From Ignavibacteriota bacterium (GTDB lineage: Bacteria; Bacteroidota; Ignavibacteria; Tepidaquicellales; OLB5), in the NCBI GenBank assembly GCA_963742955.1, contig CAVUOA010000009.1, positions 754,596-818,595 of the forward strand: 64,000 bases of DNA, written 5' to 3'. The notes under the pieces were generated by a model. It had not been told where the DNA came from. It made no database searches and worked only from the letters and a program-made list of their open reading frames with translations. Of this stretch, positions 32,205 through 43,071 are shown one piece after another. Within the stretch, counting starts at the first letter, position 1. Each line of letters starts with the position of its first letter. The position numbers and the translations under genes were made by a program.

Positions 32205-32452
32205 TGGACCAGATTACACAAACACGCTCGGTAAAAGACATGGAATGCGGTGAATCCGCAGTTATCAAATCAGTCGGCGATGACTGCCTCGATGTACATT
32301 GTCATTGTTTGCGTCTTCTTGAAATCGGTTTCACACCCGGTCAGGAAATAACAATGATTGCAAAATCACCTTTTAAAGACCCGCTTGCAGTTTCTGTAAG
32401 AGGTACTATTATTGCATTAAGAAGCAGTGAAGCGGAATGCATAAAAATTTAA
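32204..32452 (+). CDS. feoA: Ferrous iron transport protein A
   Basis: Small SH3-like FeoA (GESAVIKSV...LLEIGFTPGQEITMI). The true start may be the ATG at 32240. It overlaps feoB by 16 nt. Confidence 0.85.
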   Translation: MDQITQTRSVKDMECGESAVIKSVGDDCLDVHCHCLRLLEIGFTPGQEITMIAKSPFKDPLAVSVRGTIIALRSSEAECIKI

Positions 32453-34518
32453 CAGAAGAAAAAGAAATAACAGTTTCCTGTCATGACCCCAAACCGGTCA
32501 AAGTGGAAAAGGGTGTTACGTACCCTATCGCTGTGCTTGTAGGACAGCCAAACGCAGGAAAGACAACGCTTTTTAACGCACTCACAGGCTCGAATTTCAA
32601 AACTTCCAATTACCCGGGCGCTACCGTTGAATATTCCGTAGGGAAACTTATACCAAATAACGGGTTCAATGCACTGGTGCTCGATTCACCCGGAATTATC
32701 AGCTTAACACCTAATTCACCGGACGAAGAAGTAACAGTAAACGCACTGTTCAATCATCCTAAATTCGGCTTACCCGATGTTGTGGTGGTAACAGCCGATT
32801 CAACCCAGCTTTCGCGCCAGCTTTATCTTGCCAAACAGGTAATAAATTCGGGTTTTAAGGTTGTTGTAGCAATTACAATGAACGACCTTCTGAAAAAGAA
32901 AAATCTTGAAGTATCTACAGATAAACTCCGCCAAATTCTGGGTACACCTGTTGTAAAAATCGACAGCCGAAACGGGAACGGGATAAATGAGCTTATAAAT
33001 GAAATAAAAAACCTTTATAACGATAACTCATCTAACGGCTATAAATCAAAAATAAAAAAGCCCCCCTTCCCAACTGAACAGGCTATAAAAGATTTATATA
33101 AGTTCACTGAAGAAACCGAACAGGGTGTCATTCATCCGATAAGCAATAAATTAAATATAGATGAAATAAACCGGAAAGTTTTTAAAACCGTAAACAACAC
33201 ACCTGATGAAAACACAGTTAAGCTCGATAAAGTATTTCTTCATCCGTTCTGGGGCATAATAATTTTTGTAATATCGATGGGAATAATTTTTACGTCGATA
33301 TTCTGGCTCGCAAGACCGCTGATGGATTTAATTGATTCAGGATTCAGCTCACTATCAGATTACATCGCAAATGTGCTCCCGCAGAATACGTGGTATAATG
33401 ATCTATTAACTAAAGGACTTATCAACGGAGTCGGTTCGGTTTTACTGTTTCTTCCTCAAATTGTAATCCTTTTCCTTTTTCTTGGTGTACTTGAAGATAC
33501 AGGTTATCTTGCCAGGGCAGCAATGCTTATCGATAAACCGCTTGCAAAATTTGGTTTAAACGGCAGGTCATTTGTGCCAATGATTTCAGGATATGCATGC
33601 GCCATACCCGCAATTATGGCTGCAAGAACTATTACAAACCGTAAGGAAAGATTTCTTACAATTCTTATCATACCGCTAATGAGCTGCAGCGCTCGTCTGC
33701 CTGTCTACGCTTTACTTCTTGCTTTTCTTGTGCCGCCGGATAAACCGTGGATAGCTGGAATTGCTCTTGGCGCTCTCTACCTTTTCAGTATGCTCTCGGG
33801 TGCATTTGTTGCTGCTGTTATAAGTAAATTCAAAAAGACATCAGAGAAATCAACTTTTATGCTTGAACTTCCGGCTTACAGAAAACCCGTGCTTAAACAT
33901 ATTTTTAAAAACACATATCATAAATCAAACGTTTATATTGCAAAAGCGGGGCCTACTATTGTTTTTATATCTATGATTCTATGGGCCTTGACTTATTTCC
34001 CGAATTACGAGCCTGTCACTCCGCCGGATAAAATAAAAGGACTTGATGAAATACAGATTTCCAAACTGGTTGAATCAGAACGGTTAAATTCTTCTTACGC
34101 CTCAACACTCGGCAGCATATTTGAACCGGTTTTGAAGCCGCTTGGCTGGGATTGGCGCGTGGGTGTATCTTTAATCTCCGCTTTCGCCGCGCGTGAGGTT
34201 TTCGTTAGCTCTATGGCTATTACTTTCAGCATCACGGAAGAAAATGAAAACAACATGCAGAAATCAATTATTTCATCGATGAGAAAAGCAAAAAAAGATA
34301 ATACATCCGAGCCGCTGTTTACAACCGCCTCAACTATTGCTTTAATAATTTATTTCATGTTTGCAATGCAGTGTCTTTCTACAGTTGTCGTGGGGCGCAA
34401 AGAAACAGGTTCATGGAAAATTCCGTTAATCCAGATATTTTTATTCACTTCACTGGCTTATATACTTGCTTTTATAGCTTATAACGGACTTCATCTTAAT
34501 AGGAATACAATAACGTAG
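32437..34518 (+). CDS. feoB: Ferrous iron transport protein B
   Basis: G-domain GQPNAGKTTLFNALTG and DSPG, followed by the polytopic FeoB membrane domain. Confidence 0.95.
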   Translation: MHKNLTEEKEITVSCHDPKPVKVEKGVTYPIAVLVGQPNAGKTTLFNALTGSNFKTSNYPGATVEYSVGKLIPNNGFNALVLDSPGIISLTPNSPDEEVTVNALFNHPKFGLPDVVVVTADSTQLSRQLYLAKQVINSGFKVVVAITMNDLLKKKNLEVSTDKLRQILGTPVVKIDSRNGNGINELINEIKNLYNDNSSNGYKSKIKKPPFPTEQAIKDLYKFTEETEQGVIHPISNKLNIDEINRKVFKTVNNTPDENTVKLDKVFLHPFWGIIIFVISMGIIFTSIFWLARPLMDLIDSGFSSLSDYIANVLPQNTWYNDLLTKGLINGVGSVLLFLPQIVILFLFLGVLEDTGYLARAAMLIDKPLAKFGLNGRSFVPMISGYACAIPAIMAARTITNRKERFLTILIIPLMSCSARLPVYALLLAFLVPPDKPWIAGIALGALYLFSMLSGAFVAAVISKFKKTSEKSTFMLELPAYRKPVLKHIFKNTYHKSNVYIAKAGPTIVFISMILWALTYFPNYEPVTPPDKIKGLDEIQISKLVESERLNSSYASTLGSIFEPVLKPLGWDWRVGVSLISAFAAREVFVSSMAITFSITEENENNMQKSIISSMRKAKKDNTSEPLFTTASTIALIIYFMFAMQCLSTVVVGRKETGSWKIPLIQIFLFTSLAYILAFIAYNGLHLNRNTIT

Positions 34519-34586
34519 GAATACAATAACTCTTTTATAGTTCTCAAATTATTAGTATTTTCAGTTAATCTAAACAATTCACTGAC

Positions 34587-34946
34587 ATGAGAACAACTAT
34601 TACACTCCTAAGCTTAGTTATTATTGCATCATCAATTTTATTGACATCAAACGCACCGCAGGCAGTCAGTACAGGTAAAGCTGGATGCGATGCATATCTC
34701 TACATATCCAACAATTCTCTATTTGAAGTAGAGCTTACTGTTGATGGTATCGGAGTAGGTCATCTTCTGGTTGGAAAGAATAAAACGTACAATGTAGAAC
34801 TCTTAAACGATACTCCAAAGAAAATAAAAGTCAAAGTCGCCTGGCAGGACCCGGACTACATTGAACCGAAAACTTTTTATATGGTTACAAAAGAGAAGAT
34901 GGAGTGCGGTCAGTCGGACAGTATGTATATATCGTTTACTAAGTAA
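34587..34946 (+). CDS. Small secreted protein, unknown function
   Basis: 119-aa ORF with a signal peptide (MRTTITLLSLVIIASSILL). Confidence 0.5.
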   Translation: MRTTITLLSLVIIASSILLTSNAPQAVSTGKAGCDAYLYISNNSLFEVELTVDGIGVGHLLVGKNKTYNVELLNDTPKKIKVKVAWQDPDYIEPKTFYMVTKEKMECGQSDSMYISFTK

Positions 34947-34970
34947 AGGGGGAAAATTATCTTCTTGCTT

Positions 34971-35603
34971 TCATTTTGAAGATATAGCCGATTCCAAGTT
35001 TACCGAGGAACATTTGGTTTGTTCTGTCAATCCGCTTGGGTCAAATCCGCCAAAGAGATAGTAGTATGAGCCTTCAGCTGAGAAGAATATCCCGTTATCA
35101 AGAAAATAGTCAGCCCCAATATTTCCGCAAAGATTAGTCATATCTGTATTATAGTCATGCCCGTCCTGAGAATAATTTGTAATAACAAGAGACCTTCCTA
35201 TACCCGCGCTCATTGTAAGAGAAACTCTGCGGTAAAGCAGCCGGTATTTGATTAAAGGACAAAAGTTCAAACCAAATGCTTTTCGGGTAACATCAGACGA
35301 GGTGCTGTCATTAAAAAACTTATCCTTTGAAAACCACCCGTTAAGGTTTAAGCAGGCATAGAAATATTTTCCAAGCGGATATTCTGCAGTTACCTCAGCA
35401 ACACCTCCGGGCGGTATTTCATGGCTGCTGAAAGAGATATCATTCTTGTTAAGAAACTTGTCCCCAGAAGTCATACCTCCTTTTAAAGAAATCACAACTC
35501 CGTAAATACTAAAGTCCCTGTTTGTAATTGTAGGTTTTTCCTGCGAATTTATACCAATAGTCAGCAGAAGAATTATGGAAATTGCTGTAAATGTTCTCTT
35601 CAT
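34971..35603 (-). CDS. Small outer-membrane beta-barrel protein
   Basis: Signal peptide, eight-strand-like alternating pattern and an aromatic-rich C-terminal region. Confidence 0.55.
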   Translation of the reverse strand: MKRTFTAISIILLLTIGINSQEKPTITNRDFSIYGVVISLKGGMTSGDKFLNKNDISFSSHEIPPGGVAEVTAEYPLGKYFYACLNLNGWFSKDKFFNDSTSSDVTRKAFGLNFCPLIKYRLLYRRVSLTMSAGIGRSLVITNYSQDGHDYNTDMTNLCGNIGADYFLDNGIFFSAEGSYYYLFGGFDPSGLTEQTKCSSVNLESAISSK

Positions 35604-35743
35604 TCGTTGATAAATCTTTCTCCGTTACAAATATAGTGAAAATGGAGATGGTTTGCTACATATTCTTCTTTCCCGTGATTTACCATCAGTTTCAAAAATC
35701 GCATTTTCACTTCAATTTCCATATCCCGTCACATTCATTGCAT

Positions 35744-36142
35744 TTAAGTTCTAATTGAGTCAGGAATATACCCGTCAGGCACATTATCGAAAAAATCAAG
35801 ATTATTTAAATCCTCAATAAAAGGAATTGTAAGCTGTTCACCTTTATGAAAAGTACTGTCCTTAATCATTCCTTTTTCCCGTGTGTGAAGTCCCAGCAGC
35901 TCATGCTTATATTTATTGTCAAAAATAATCACGCAGTTTTTACAGTCCTGATTTGAATTATTTGTAATACGGAGTTCAAAAGAGCCCTTAGAGGAGAACA
36001 AGCCATGCCAGTAGCGTCCTTCCATTGTAATTCCGCTGCCGGAAACTGTATCAAGAACATGAAATGTATTATTTCCGCAGGAAGAAAATAGAACCAGAAC
36101 AATAAAAAATGCAGTCTTTTTAAGAAACGTATTCCCTTTCAT
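35744..36142 (-). CDS. Lipoprotein, unknown function
   Basis: Signal peptide ending in the lipobox-like LFSSCG. Confidence 0.5.
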   Translation of the reverse strand: MKGNTFLKKTAFFIVLVLFSSCGNNTFHVLDTVSGSGITMEGRYWHGLFSSKGSFELRITNNSNQDCKNCVIIFDNKYKHELLGLHTREKGMIKDSTFHKGEQLTIPFIEDLNNLDFFDNVPDGYIPDSIRT

Positions 36143-36270
36143 TGCATAATATAACGAAATAATGAGAGTGAATAAATAAACTTATAATTCCTTTAAACTT
36201 CCGGAGTATAATTGATATTTCCTACACTTTACCTTATTTTTGTTAATATCATTAACTTAACATCAAGCCT

Positions 36271-38048
36271 ATGCATCTTATCGACTGGATAATTATTGCA
36301 TTATACTTTGTAATCAGCCTTTCAATCGGATTATATTTCTACAAGCGCGCAGGCGGAAGTACGGAAAACTTTTTCCTCTCCGGCAGGCAACTTGCCGTGG
36401 TGGCTGGCGGGACTTTCGATGGTGGCTACAACGTTCGCGGCTGATACTCCCCTTGCTGTGACCGAGCTTGTAGGGCAAAACGGAATAGCCGGTAACTGGC
36501 TCTGGTGGAATATGCTAATCGGCGGTATGCTTACGGTGTTTTTCTTTGCAAAGCTCTGGCGCAGAGCCGGCATTTTGACTGATGTTGAGTTTATCGAATT
36601 CAGGTATTCGGGAAAATCCGCTTCATTCCTGCGCGGGTTTAAGGCAATTTACCTTGGATTGTTCATGAACTGTATTATTATGGGCTGGGTAAATCTTGCA
36701 ATGGGTAAAATTCTTCTCGGTATGTTCCCGGAATTTGTTAACAGCGGAAATGTAATTTATTTCCTTGCGGGGGCAATGCTGCTGACTGCAATTTATTCTG
36801 CAATTTCGGGGTTATGGGGTGTAGCAGTAACGGATGCATTCCAGTTTATACTGGCAATGACCGGATGTATTATATTGGCTGTCATAGTAATAAATTCGCC
36901 TCAGATTGGCGGAATATCCGGATTACAATCCAAACTCCCAGACTGGGCTTTGAGGTTCACTCCCCAAATTGGGGGAGGTTCTGTTAGCACAACAGGAGCA
37001 GGCGGAATACTGATGATGACAATTTCAACGTTCTTAGCTTTTATCGGAATACAGTGGTGGGCAAGCTGGTATCCAGGTGCCGAGCCGGGTGGCGGGGGCT
37101 ATGTTGCACAAAGAATGATGTCCGCCAAAAATGAGAAACACTCACTACTTGCAACATTATTCTTTCAAATAGCCCACTATTGTATCCGTCCATGGCCGTG
37201 GATTCTGGTAGGACTTGCTGCAATTGTCCTTTACCCTGACCTATCCATGGCTGATAAAGGTCTTGGTTATGTAAAAGCAATGAACGATTTCCTGCCCGTT
37301 GGGTTAAAAGGCTTACTGCTTGCAGCTTTCTTCGGCGCTTATATGTCAACTATTGCAACACACCTTAACTGGGGAACATCATACTTCATAAATGACTTCT
37401 ACAAACGTTTCTTAGCAAAAGATAGAACAGAGAAACATTACGTAAGTATTTCAAGGGTAATGACATTGGTTGTAATGGCAATTTCGGTTTTTATTACTTT
37501 GTTCATGTCAACAATTTCCGGTGTATGGGCATTTGTAATCGAGTGCGGCGCCGGATTAGGTTTGATACTTAATTTTACGGTGGTTCTGGTGGAGAATAAA
37601 TGCGATTAGCGAAATTGTTGCAACAGTCACCCCCTTTGCGGTGTACGGAATTCTTTACTTCGGAAATTTCGGCATTAAATTCCCTGAAACATTATTCATT
37701 ATTGTACCCGTTACAACAATTGCATGGCTTGTAACTGTGTTCATTACAAAACCTGTTGATGAAAGTAAATTAATGAGCTTCTACAAGCGTGTTCATCCGG
37801 GAGGCAAAGGATGGAGAAAAATCTCAGATAAAATGCCGGAGGTTACACCTGATTCAGGTTATGCATATTTATTTTCAAGCTGGGCGCTGGGGATAATTTT
37901 AGTTTATATGTTTCTTTTTGGGATTGGTAAAATCATTCTCGCAGATTATTTTATCGGTGTTATATATCTTGCGCTCGGAACAATTGCAGGAATATTGATT
38001 TTTAAAAATCTGGATAAATTAGGCTGGGAAGTAAATACAGCAGGGTAA
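36271..38048 (+). pseudogene. Sodium:solute symporter (SSS) family transporter with two frameshifts
   Basis: MHLIDWIIIALYF...NFFLSGRQL (from ATG 36271) continues in another frame as PWWLAGLSMVATTFAADTPL (break at about 36388-36393). GLGLIL continues as LRWFWWRINAISEI in a third frame (break at about 37574-37582). Confidence 0.85.
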
Positions 38049-38084
38049 ATAATTTCGTTAAAAAATAATTAATCGGTAACCGGA

Positions 38085-38100
38085 TTCCCGCTTTCGCGGG
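38085..38100. repeat. tcccgc-tttc-gcggga hairpin (cattcccgc REP family) 3' of the SSS gene
   Basis: GC-rich 6-bp stem 37 nt after the stop codon. It has the same core as 6083-6106 and 8279-8303. Confidence 0.4.
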
Positions 38101-38120
38101 AAAGACAAAATATATTTTTC

Positions 38121-38991
38121 ATGAGTCCATCATATTATTTTAAAGAGTTATGGCGTTATATTAAGACCGCAAAGTCATCGGTCATAAGCTCAACCGTTGT
38201 CATAAGCATTGCCGTGCTGCTGCTCGGCATATACCTTACTATATCCATTAACTCAATAAAGCTGCTAAAGACAATCCGTGATAAAGTTGAAATAGATGCA
38301 TACCTTGTAGATAACTTTCCTGAATCGCAGGCAAACAGTTTGGTTAATTCGGTTAAAACCATCGGGGGAGTTAAATCGGTTAAATTCATCTCAAAGGAAG
38401 AAGCCGCCAAAATCTTTGCGCAGGATTTCGGACAGGATATACTTGATGTGTTCGATTATAATCCACTCCCCCCTTCGCTCAAAATATCACTCTATGATGA
38501 ATACAAAACAGTTGAAAGAATGGAAAAAATCAAAACCGAACTTAAGCAGTTTAAAGAAGTTGATGATATAGTTTATGCGCAAAAAAACCTCGAAATACTT
38601 GAACGGAATGCAAATTCATTGGTTTTTCTGAATTTAAGCCTTCTTAGTAATAATTACTTTCGCCTCAATTTTCCTTGTCGGAAATACCATAAAATTGATG
38701 ATTTCCGCAAAGAAAAATACAATTGAGCTTATGAAGCTTGTCGGAGCAAGCAAAGAAACAATCCGAACGCCTTTTCTGCTGGAAGGATTTTTCCAGGGGC
38801 TGGCTGGCAGTATACTTGCAGTATTGATATTACAGCTTTTCTTGAGCTATTTTTATTCAACTTATGCAAATACAGATTTTAGCTTTTCAATAATAGATAG
38901 TGTTTTTCTCATCCTTTTAATAATCTTTGGTACTCTCCTTGGCACCTTCGGAAGTGTTTTTTCAATACGCAGATTCCTCAAATTTTACTAA
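38121..38991 (+). pseudogene. ftsX: Cell-division ABC permease FtsX-like, one frameshift
   Basis: ...ERNANSLVFLNLSLL continues in another frame as VIITFASIFLVGNTIKLMISAKKNTIELMKLVGAS (break at about 38640-38655). Confidence 0.8.
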
Positions 38992-39082
38992 ACCTTAAAA
39001 TTATCATTTAAAACAAATATTTTGCCGGGATATTGCATTTATTAATAAAATTCCTTAGTTTTGGTAAACATATTTTGTTTTA

Positions 39083-39499
39083 ATGCAGGAAATCAAGAAA
39101 TTCGACCAGAGAAACTGGGTTAAAAGTAACCTCAATTACAGGAAAGAAACCGGCAGTAAAGCATGGATTTTACACAGAATTTCCGGTATAGCGCTGATAG
39201 GATATTTATTTCTGCATATTTACTCACTTAGTCCTCTTTCACAGGGAAGGGCTGCATTTGATGAGCACATGAAGGTATTTGCAACCCCCTTTTTCATGAT
39301 ATTAGAATGGCTGCTTTTTGCCTTTGTTCTTTTTCATTCACTTAACGGAGTAAGAATCGTATTGGTCGATTGGGCGGACGGAGCCAGGTTTCACAGGCAG
39401 CTTTTTAAATATTCCGTTGCAATCGGCATAATTCTATTTGTTGCAATGGGTTATGTTATGTTTTCACACGAAATTAATCAGATTTTTGCCAGTTTATAA
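39083..39499 (+). CDS. sdhC: Succinate dehydrogenase/fumarate reductase cytochrome b subunit
   Basis: Three-TM protein with WILHRISGIALIGYLFLHI and HSLNGVRIVLVD heme-ligand regions. Confidence 0.75.
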   Translation: MQEIKKFDQRNWVKSNLNYRKETGSKAWILHRISGIALIGYLFLHIYSLSPLSQGRAAFDEHMKVFATPFFMILEWLLFAFVLFHSLNGVRIVLVDWADGARFHRQLFKYSVAIGIILFVAMGYVMFSHEINQIFASL

Positions 39500-39891
39500 T
39501 GTTTAAATACAATCGTACTTCAGGTTCAGGTTCTTTTAGCTGGATTTTTCAGAGAGCAACCGGTATTGTGCTCGTTATTGTTATGATTGGTCATTATATA
39601 TTAATGCACTATAACCCCCAATCAGGACACACGTATGATGCTGTTTTAGCAAGAATGCAGAGCAACTGGTACAGGGTACTTGACCTTACCTTTGTTGTGC
39701 TTGGCATGTATCATGGATTAAACGGTTTGTGGTCTATTTTCAGAGATTACAGACTTAAACCGTGGCAAACAATAACTGCAATGAGTTTACTGATAATTTT
39801 CGGATTAGCATTTACTCTGTGGGGAATCAAAACCATACTGGATATACCCTACGTTCCAACAACAAATTCGGTGGTAAATCTTGTTAAATAA
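39499..39891 (+). CDS. sdhD: Succinate dehydrogenase hydrophobic anchor subunit
   Basis: FSWIFQRATGIVLVIVMIGHYILMH and YHGLNGLWSIFRDY. Its start overlaps the sdhC stop. Confidence 0.65.
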   Translation: MFKYNRTSGSGSFSWIFQRATGIVLVIVMIGHYILMHYNPQSGHTYDAVLARMQSNWYRVLDLTFVVLGMYHGLNGLWSIFRDYRLKPWQTITAMSLLIIFGLAFTLWGIKTILDIPYVPTTNSVVNLVK

Positions 39892-39941
39892 ACGCCGTTT
39901 TTTTAAATAACTTCTTAAAAACTTTAAAGGGAGACAATTTA

Positions 39942-40136
39942 ATGGAAAAAATTAATGAATTAAAAACAATGCTTGATGAGATGGGAAAAGACATGGAAAA
40001 ATTCTATTCCAAAGGACAAAATTCAGCAGGAACAAGGCTTAGAAAAGCTTTGAACGAACTGAGGAAAAAAGCTCAGGAGGCAAGGAACGAAATTCAATCA
40101 ATCAGGCAGCAGAGAAAGGCTGAAAAAGGCGCTTAG
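39942..40136 (+). CDS. Histone H1-like (Hc1-type) nucleoid protein
   Basis: 64-aa Lys/Arg-rich protein with ...KFYSKGQNSAGTRLRKALNELRKKAQEARNE, resembling the Hc1 family motif. GGGAG RBS. Confidence 0.7.
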   Translation: MEKINELKTMLDEMGKDMEKFYSKGQNSAGTRLRKALNELRKKAQEARNEIQSIRQQRKAEKGA

Positions 40137-40165
40137 TAAACTATTATTACAAGTCTTATGTTTAT

Positions 40166-40205
40166 AAGTAGTGGAGAAGACACTTACTTTTTCACTACTT
40201 ATTTT
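40166..40205 (+). terminator. Hairpin terminator after the Hc1-like gene
   Basis: aagtagtg-N19-cactactt followed by attttatttt. Confidence 0.5.
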
Positions 40206-40231
40206 ATTTTACTCTCCGCATATTAGCATTT

Positions 40232-42028
40232 ATGCAGTCAACTATCAGAAATTTTTGCATCATAGCGCATATTGACCACGGCAAATCCACCTTAGCAGAC
40301 CGCTTACTGGAAACCACAGGCACTATTGCCAAACGGGAAATGATGAAACAGGTTCTTGACGATATGGACCTCGAACAGGAGCGCGGAATTACCATAAAAC
40401 TGCATGCAATCCAGCTAAAATACAAATCAAAAGACAATAACGAATATACTCTAAACCTTATTGATACTCCCGGTCACGTAGATTTTTCTTACGAAGTATC
40501 CCGCTCCCTTGCCGCATGTGAGGGCGCTTTGCTTGTAGTCGATGCAACACAGGGTATAGAAGCGCAGACTGTCAGCAACCTGTATCTTGCAATAGATGCT
40601 AATCTTACAATAATTCCCGTTATTAATAAAATTGATTTACCCAGCGCAGAAATAGAAAGCGTAAAAAAACAAATTATCGAGATGATTGGCTGTGATGAGG
40701 ATGAAATAATCCTTACAAGCGCTAAACAGGATATAGGGACTTCAGAAATACTCGAAGCAATTGTTAACAGGATTCCCCCGCCAACGATTAATATGGATAA
40801 ACCGCTTCGGGCTCTTGTGTTTGATTCTACATTCGATTCGTACAGAGGCATAATTGTTTACATTAGAATTGTCGACGGTGAATTAAACGAAGGTGATAGG
40901 CTTCAATTTTTCGTTACCGGAATTAAAGCTGATGCAGAAGAAGTTGGAATCCTTAGAATGGACCGCGTCAGGACTAAAAAACTTAAATCAGGCGATGTAG
41001 GATACCTTGTATCGGGAATAAAAAATGTAACTGACCTTCTCGTAGGCGATACCATAATTAATCTTGATAATCCCGCCCCCGAACATCTGGAAGGATATAA
41101 GAAGGTAAAGCCAATGGTTTTTTCAGGTGTTTATCCTTCTGCAAGCGATGATTTTGAAAACCTGCGCGAAGCGCTGACTAAGCTCAAGGCAAATGATGCC
41201 TCGCTGATGTTCGAGCCTGAAACTTCTACAGCATTGGGATTTGGATTCAGATGCGGATTCCTTGGTCTTTTGCATATGGAAATTACACAAGAGAGACTCG
41301 AACGCGAATACGACCAGACCATTGTTACAACCGTACCTAACGTTGAATACAAAGTCGTTACTCACAGCCTGGAGGAAATATGGGTTGATAACCCGTCACA
41401 AATGCCTCCGATTGGAGATATTGAGTATATCGAAGAGCCTTTTATTAAAGCTCAGATTATCACACCTGTTGAATTCATCGGCAATATTATGAAGCTGGCA
41501 AGTGACAGGCGCGGGGTGTTTGTTTCAACAAATTATCTCGATTCAACTAAAGTCGATTTGCACTTTGAGTTTCCGCTCTCGGAAATAATATTCGATTTCC
41601 ACGATAAGCTGAAATCTATTTCACGCGGATATGCTTCTCTGGATTATGACTTCCTGGATTACAGGCAGTCTGACCTCGTTAAACTTGATATATTATTGAA
41701 CGGCGAATCGGTTGATGCGCTTTCATCGATTGTGCACCGCTCAAAATCTTTTGAATGGGGAAGGAAGCTCTGCAATAAGCTCCGGAAGCTTATTCCAAGA
41801 CAAATGTTCGAGGTAATAATACAGGCTGCAATTGGCGCAAAAGTTATTGCAAGGGAAACTGTTAAGCCTCTCAGAAAAAATGTGCTGGCAAAATGCTACG
41901 GCGGCGATATTTCAAGAAAAAGAAAACTGCTTGAAAAACAAAAAGAAGGCAAAAAGCGGATGAAACAGGTCGGCAGCGTTCAGGTACCGCAGGAAGCATT
42001 CTTAGCCGTGCTTTCTATGGAAGATTAA
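40232..42028 (+). CDS. lepA: Elongation factor 4 (LepA)
   Basis: [30 protein letters not shown] and NKIDLP motifs, with the LepA C-terminal domain (...[22 protein letters not shown]). Confidence 0.97.
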   Translation: MQSTIRNFCIIAHIDHGKSTLADRLLETTGTIAKREMMKQVLDDMDLEQERGITIKLHAIQLKYKSKDNNEYTLNLIDTPGHVDFSYEVSRSLAACEGALLVVDATQGIEAQTVSNLYLAIDANLTIIPVINKIDLPSAEIESVKKQIIEMIGCDEDEIILTSAKQDIGTSEILEAIVNRIPPPTINMDKPLRALVFDSTFDSYRGIIVYIRIVDGELNEGDRLQFFVTGIKADAEEVGILRMDRVRTKKLKSGDVGYLVSGIKNVTDLLVGDTIINLDNPAPEHLEGYKKVKPMVFSGVYPSASDDFENLREALTKLKANDASLMFEPETSTALGFGFRCGFLGLLHMEITQERLEREYDQTIVTTVPNVEYKVVTHSLEEIWVDNPSQMPPIGDIEYIEEPFIKAQIITPVEFIGNIMKLASDRRGVFVSTNYLDSTKVDLHFEFPLSEIIFDFHDKLKSISRGYASLDYDFLDYRQSDLVKLDILLNGESVDALSSIVHRSKSFEWGRKLCNKLRKLIPRQMFEVIIQAAIGAKVIARETVKPLRKNVLAKCYGGDISRKRKLLEKQKEGKKRMKQVGSVQVPQEAFLAVLSMED

Positions 42029-42034
42029 CCTATT

Positions 42035-42058
42035 GTCATTCCTCAAAAGCGGGAATCC
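42035..42058. repeat. Degenerate cattcc...gcgggaatcc REP copy directly after the lepA stop
   Basis: gtcattcctcaaaagcgggaatcc. The left arm is mutated relative to the copies at 6083 and 8279. Confidence 0.35.
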
Positions 42059-42116
42059 ATGAGACATGTTAAAACTGACCGGATTTTATAAATACTCAGT
42101 TTAATAAAGAAATTAT

Positions 42117-43010
42117 TTGGACAAAATAAAAAATACTGATACTCAACAAAAACCAAAAAAATCCAGAACGAGGGAGTATTCCGATGCACTGCTTTTTGCA
42201 GCGCTTGTGGCAATATTTCTTAAAATATTTTTTATTGAAGCATACAGAATACCTACCGGTTCAATGGAAAACACATTACTGATTGGTGATTTCCTTCTGG
42301 TTAATAAATTTGTTTATGGCGCTACCACACCGCGGAATATTCCGTTTACTGATATAAGAATACCTTTTTTGAGGCTACCTGCTTTTGCAAGCCCGCATAA
42401 GGGTGATGTTGTCGTATTTGATTTCCCAGGCAACAGGGATGAAGTTAAATCGCCTGAGGTTGTTAATTACATTAAACGGCTTATAGCCGAACCGGGTGAT
42501 ACAATACAAATAATTAATAAAGTGGTATATGTTAACCATCAGATATTTCCAAATCCGCCAAACGCTTTATTTGATTCAAGAATTGAAAGCAGCAATATAG
42601 TTGACCCCCGTACATTCCCAAAAGGAAGCGGATGGAATGAAGATAATTACGGACCGCTTAGAGTACCTAAAGAAGATGACATAATCAAATTATCACCCGA
42701 TAATCTTGAGCAGTGGAAAATGTTTATCACAAAAGAAGGCCACGATGTTCAGCTCTCTGCAGGCAATGAAATTTTAATTGACGGAAAACCTGCTGCTGAG
42801 TACAAAGTCGAGCAGGATTATTATTTTATGATGGGAGATAACCGCAACAACAGTCTTGACAGCCGTTTCTGGGGCTTTATGCCCAGAGACCATGTTGTAG
42901 GAGAAGCATTATTAATTTACTGGTCATGGGACCCGAGTATCCCGTTTTCAGAATTTGGCAGGCTTATTAAAACAATCAGGTGGGATAGAGTGGGAAAAAT
43001 TATAAGATAA
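42117..43010 (+). CDS. lepB: Signal peptidase I (paralogue 1)
   Basis: Catalytic Ser box PTGSMENTLLIGDFLLVNK, Lys box YIKRLIAEPGD and box E GDNRNNSLDSRFWGF. The start is a TTG. Confidence 0.9.
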   Translation: MDKIKNTDTQQKPKKSRTREYSDALLFAALVAIFLKIFFIEAYRIPTGSMENTLLIGDFLLVNKFVYGATTPRNIPFTDIRIPFLRLPAFASPHKGDVVVFDFPGNRDEVKSPEVVNYIKRLIAEPGDTIQIINKVVYVNHQIFPNPPNALFDSRIESSNIVDPRTFPKGSGWNEDNYGPLRVPKEDDIIKLSPDNLEQWKMFITKEGHDVQLSAGNEILIDGKPAAEYKVEQDYYFMMGDNRNNSLDSRFWGFMPRDHVVGEALLIYWSWDPSIPFSEFGRLIKTIRWDRVGKIIR

Positions 43011-43071
43011 CTTTGATAGCTGTAAAATTTCTTCGGAAAACTTATAAAATAAATTTTTTGTTACATAAAAC

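Noticed and set aside
36331-37349. Minus-strand ORFs 36331-36573 and 37041-37349.
   Set aside because: They are antisense to the SSS transporter, whose conserved motifs are unambiguous on the plus strand.
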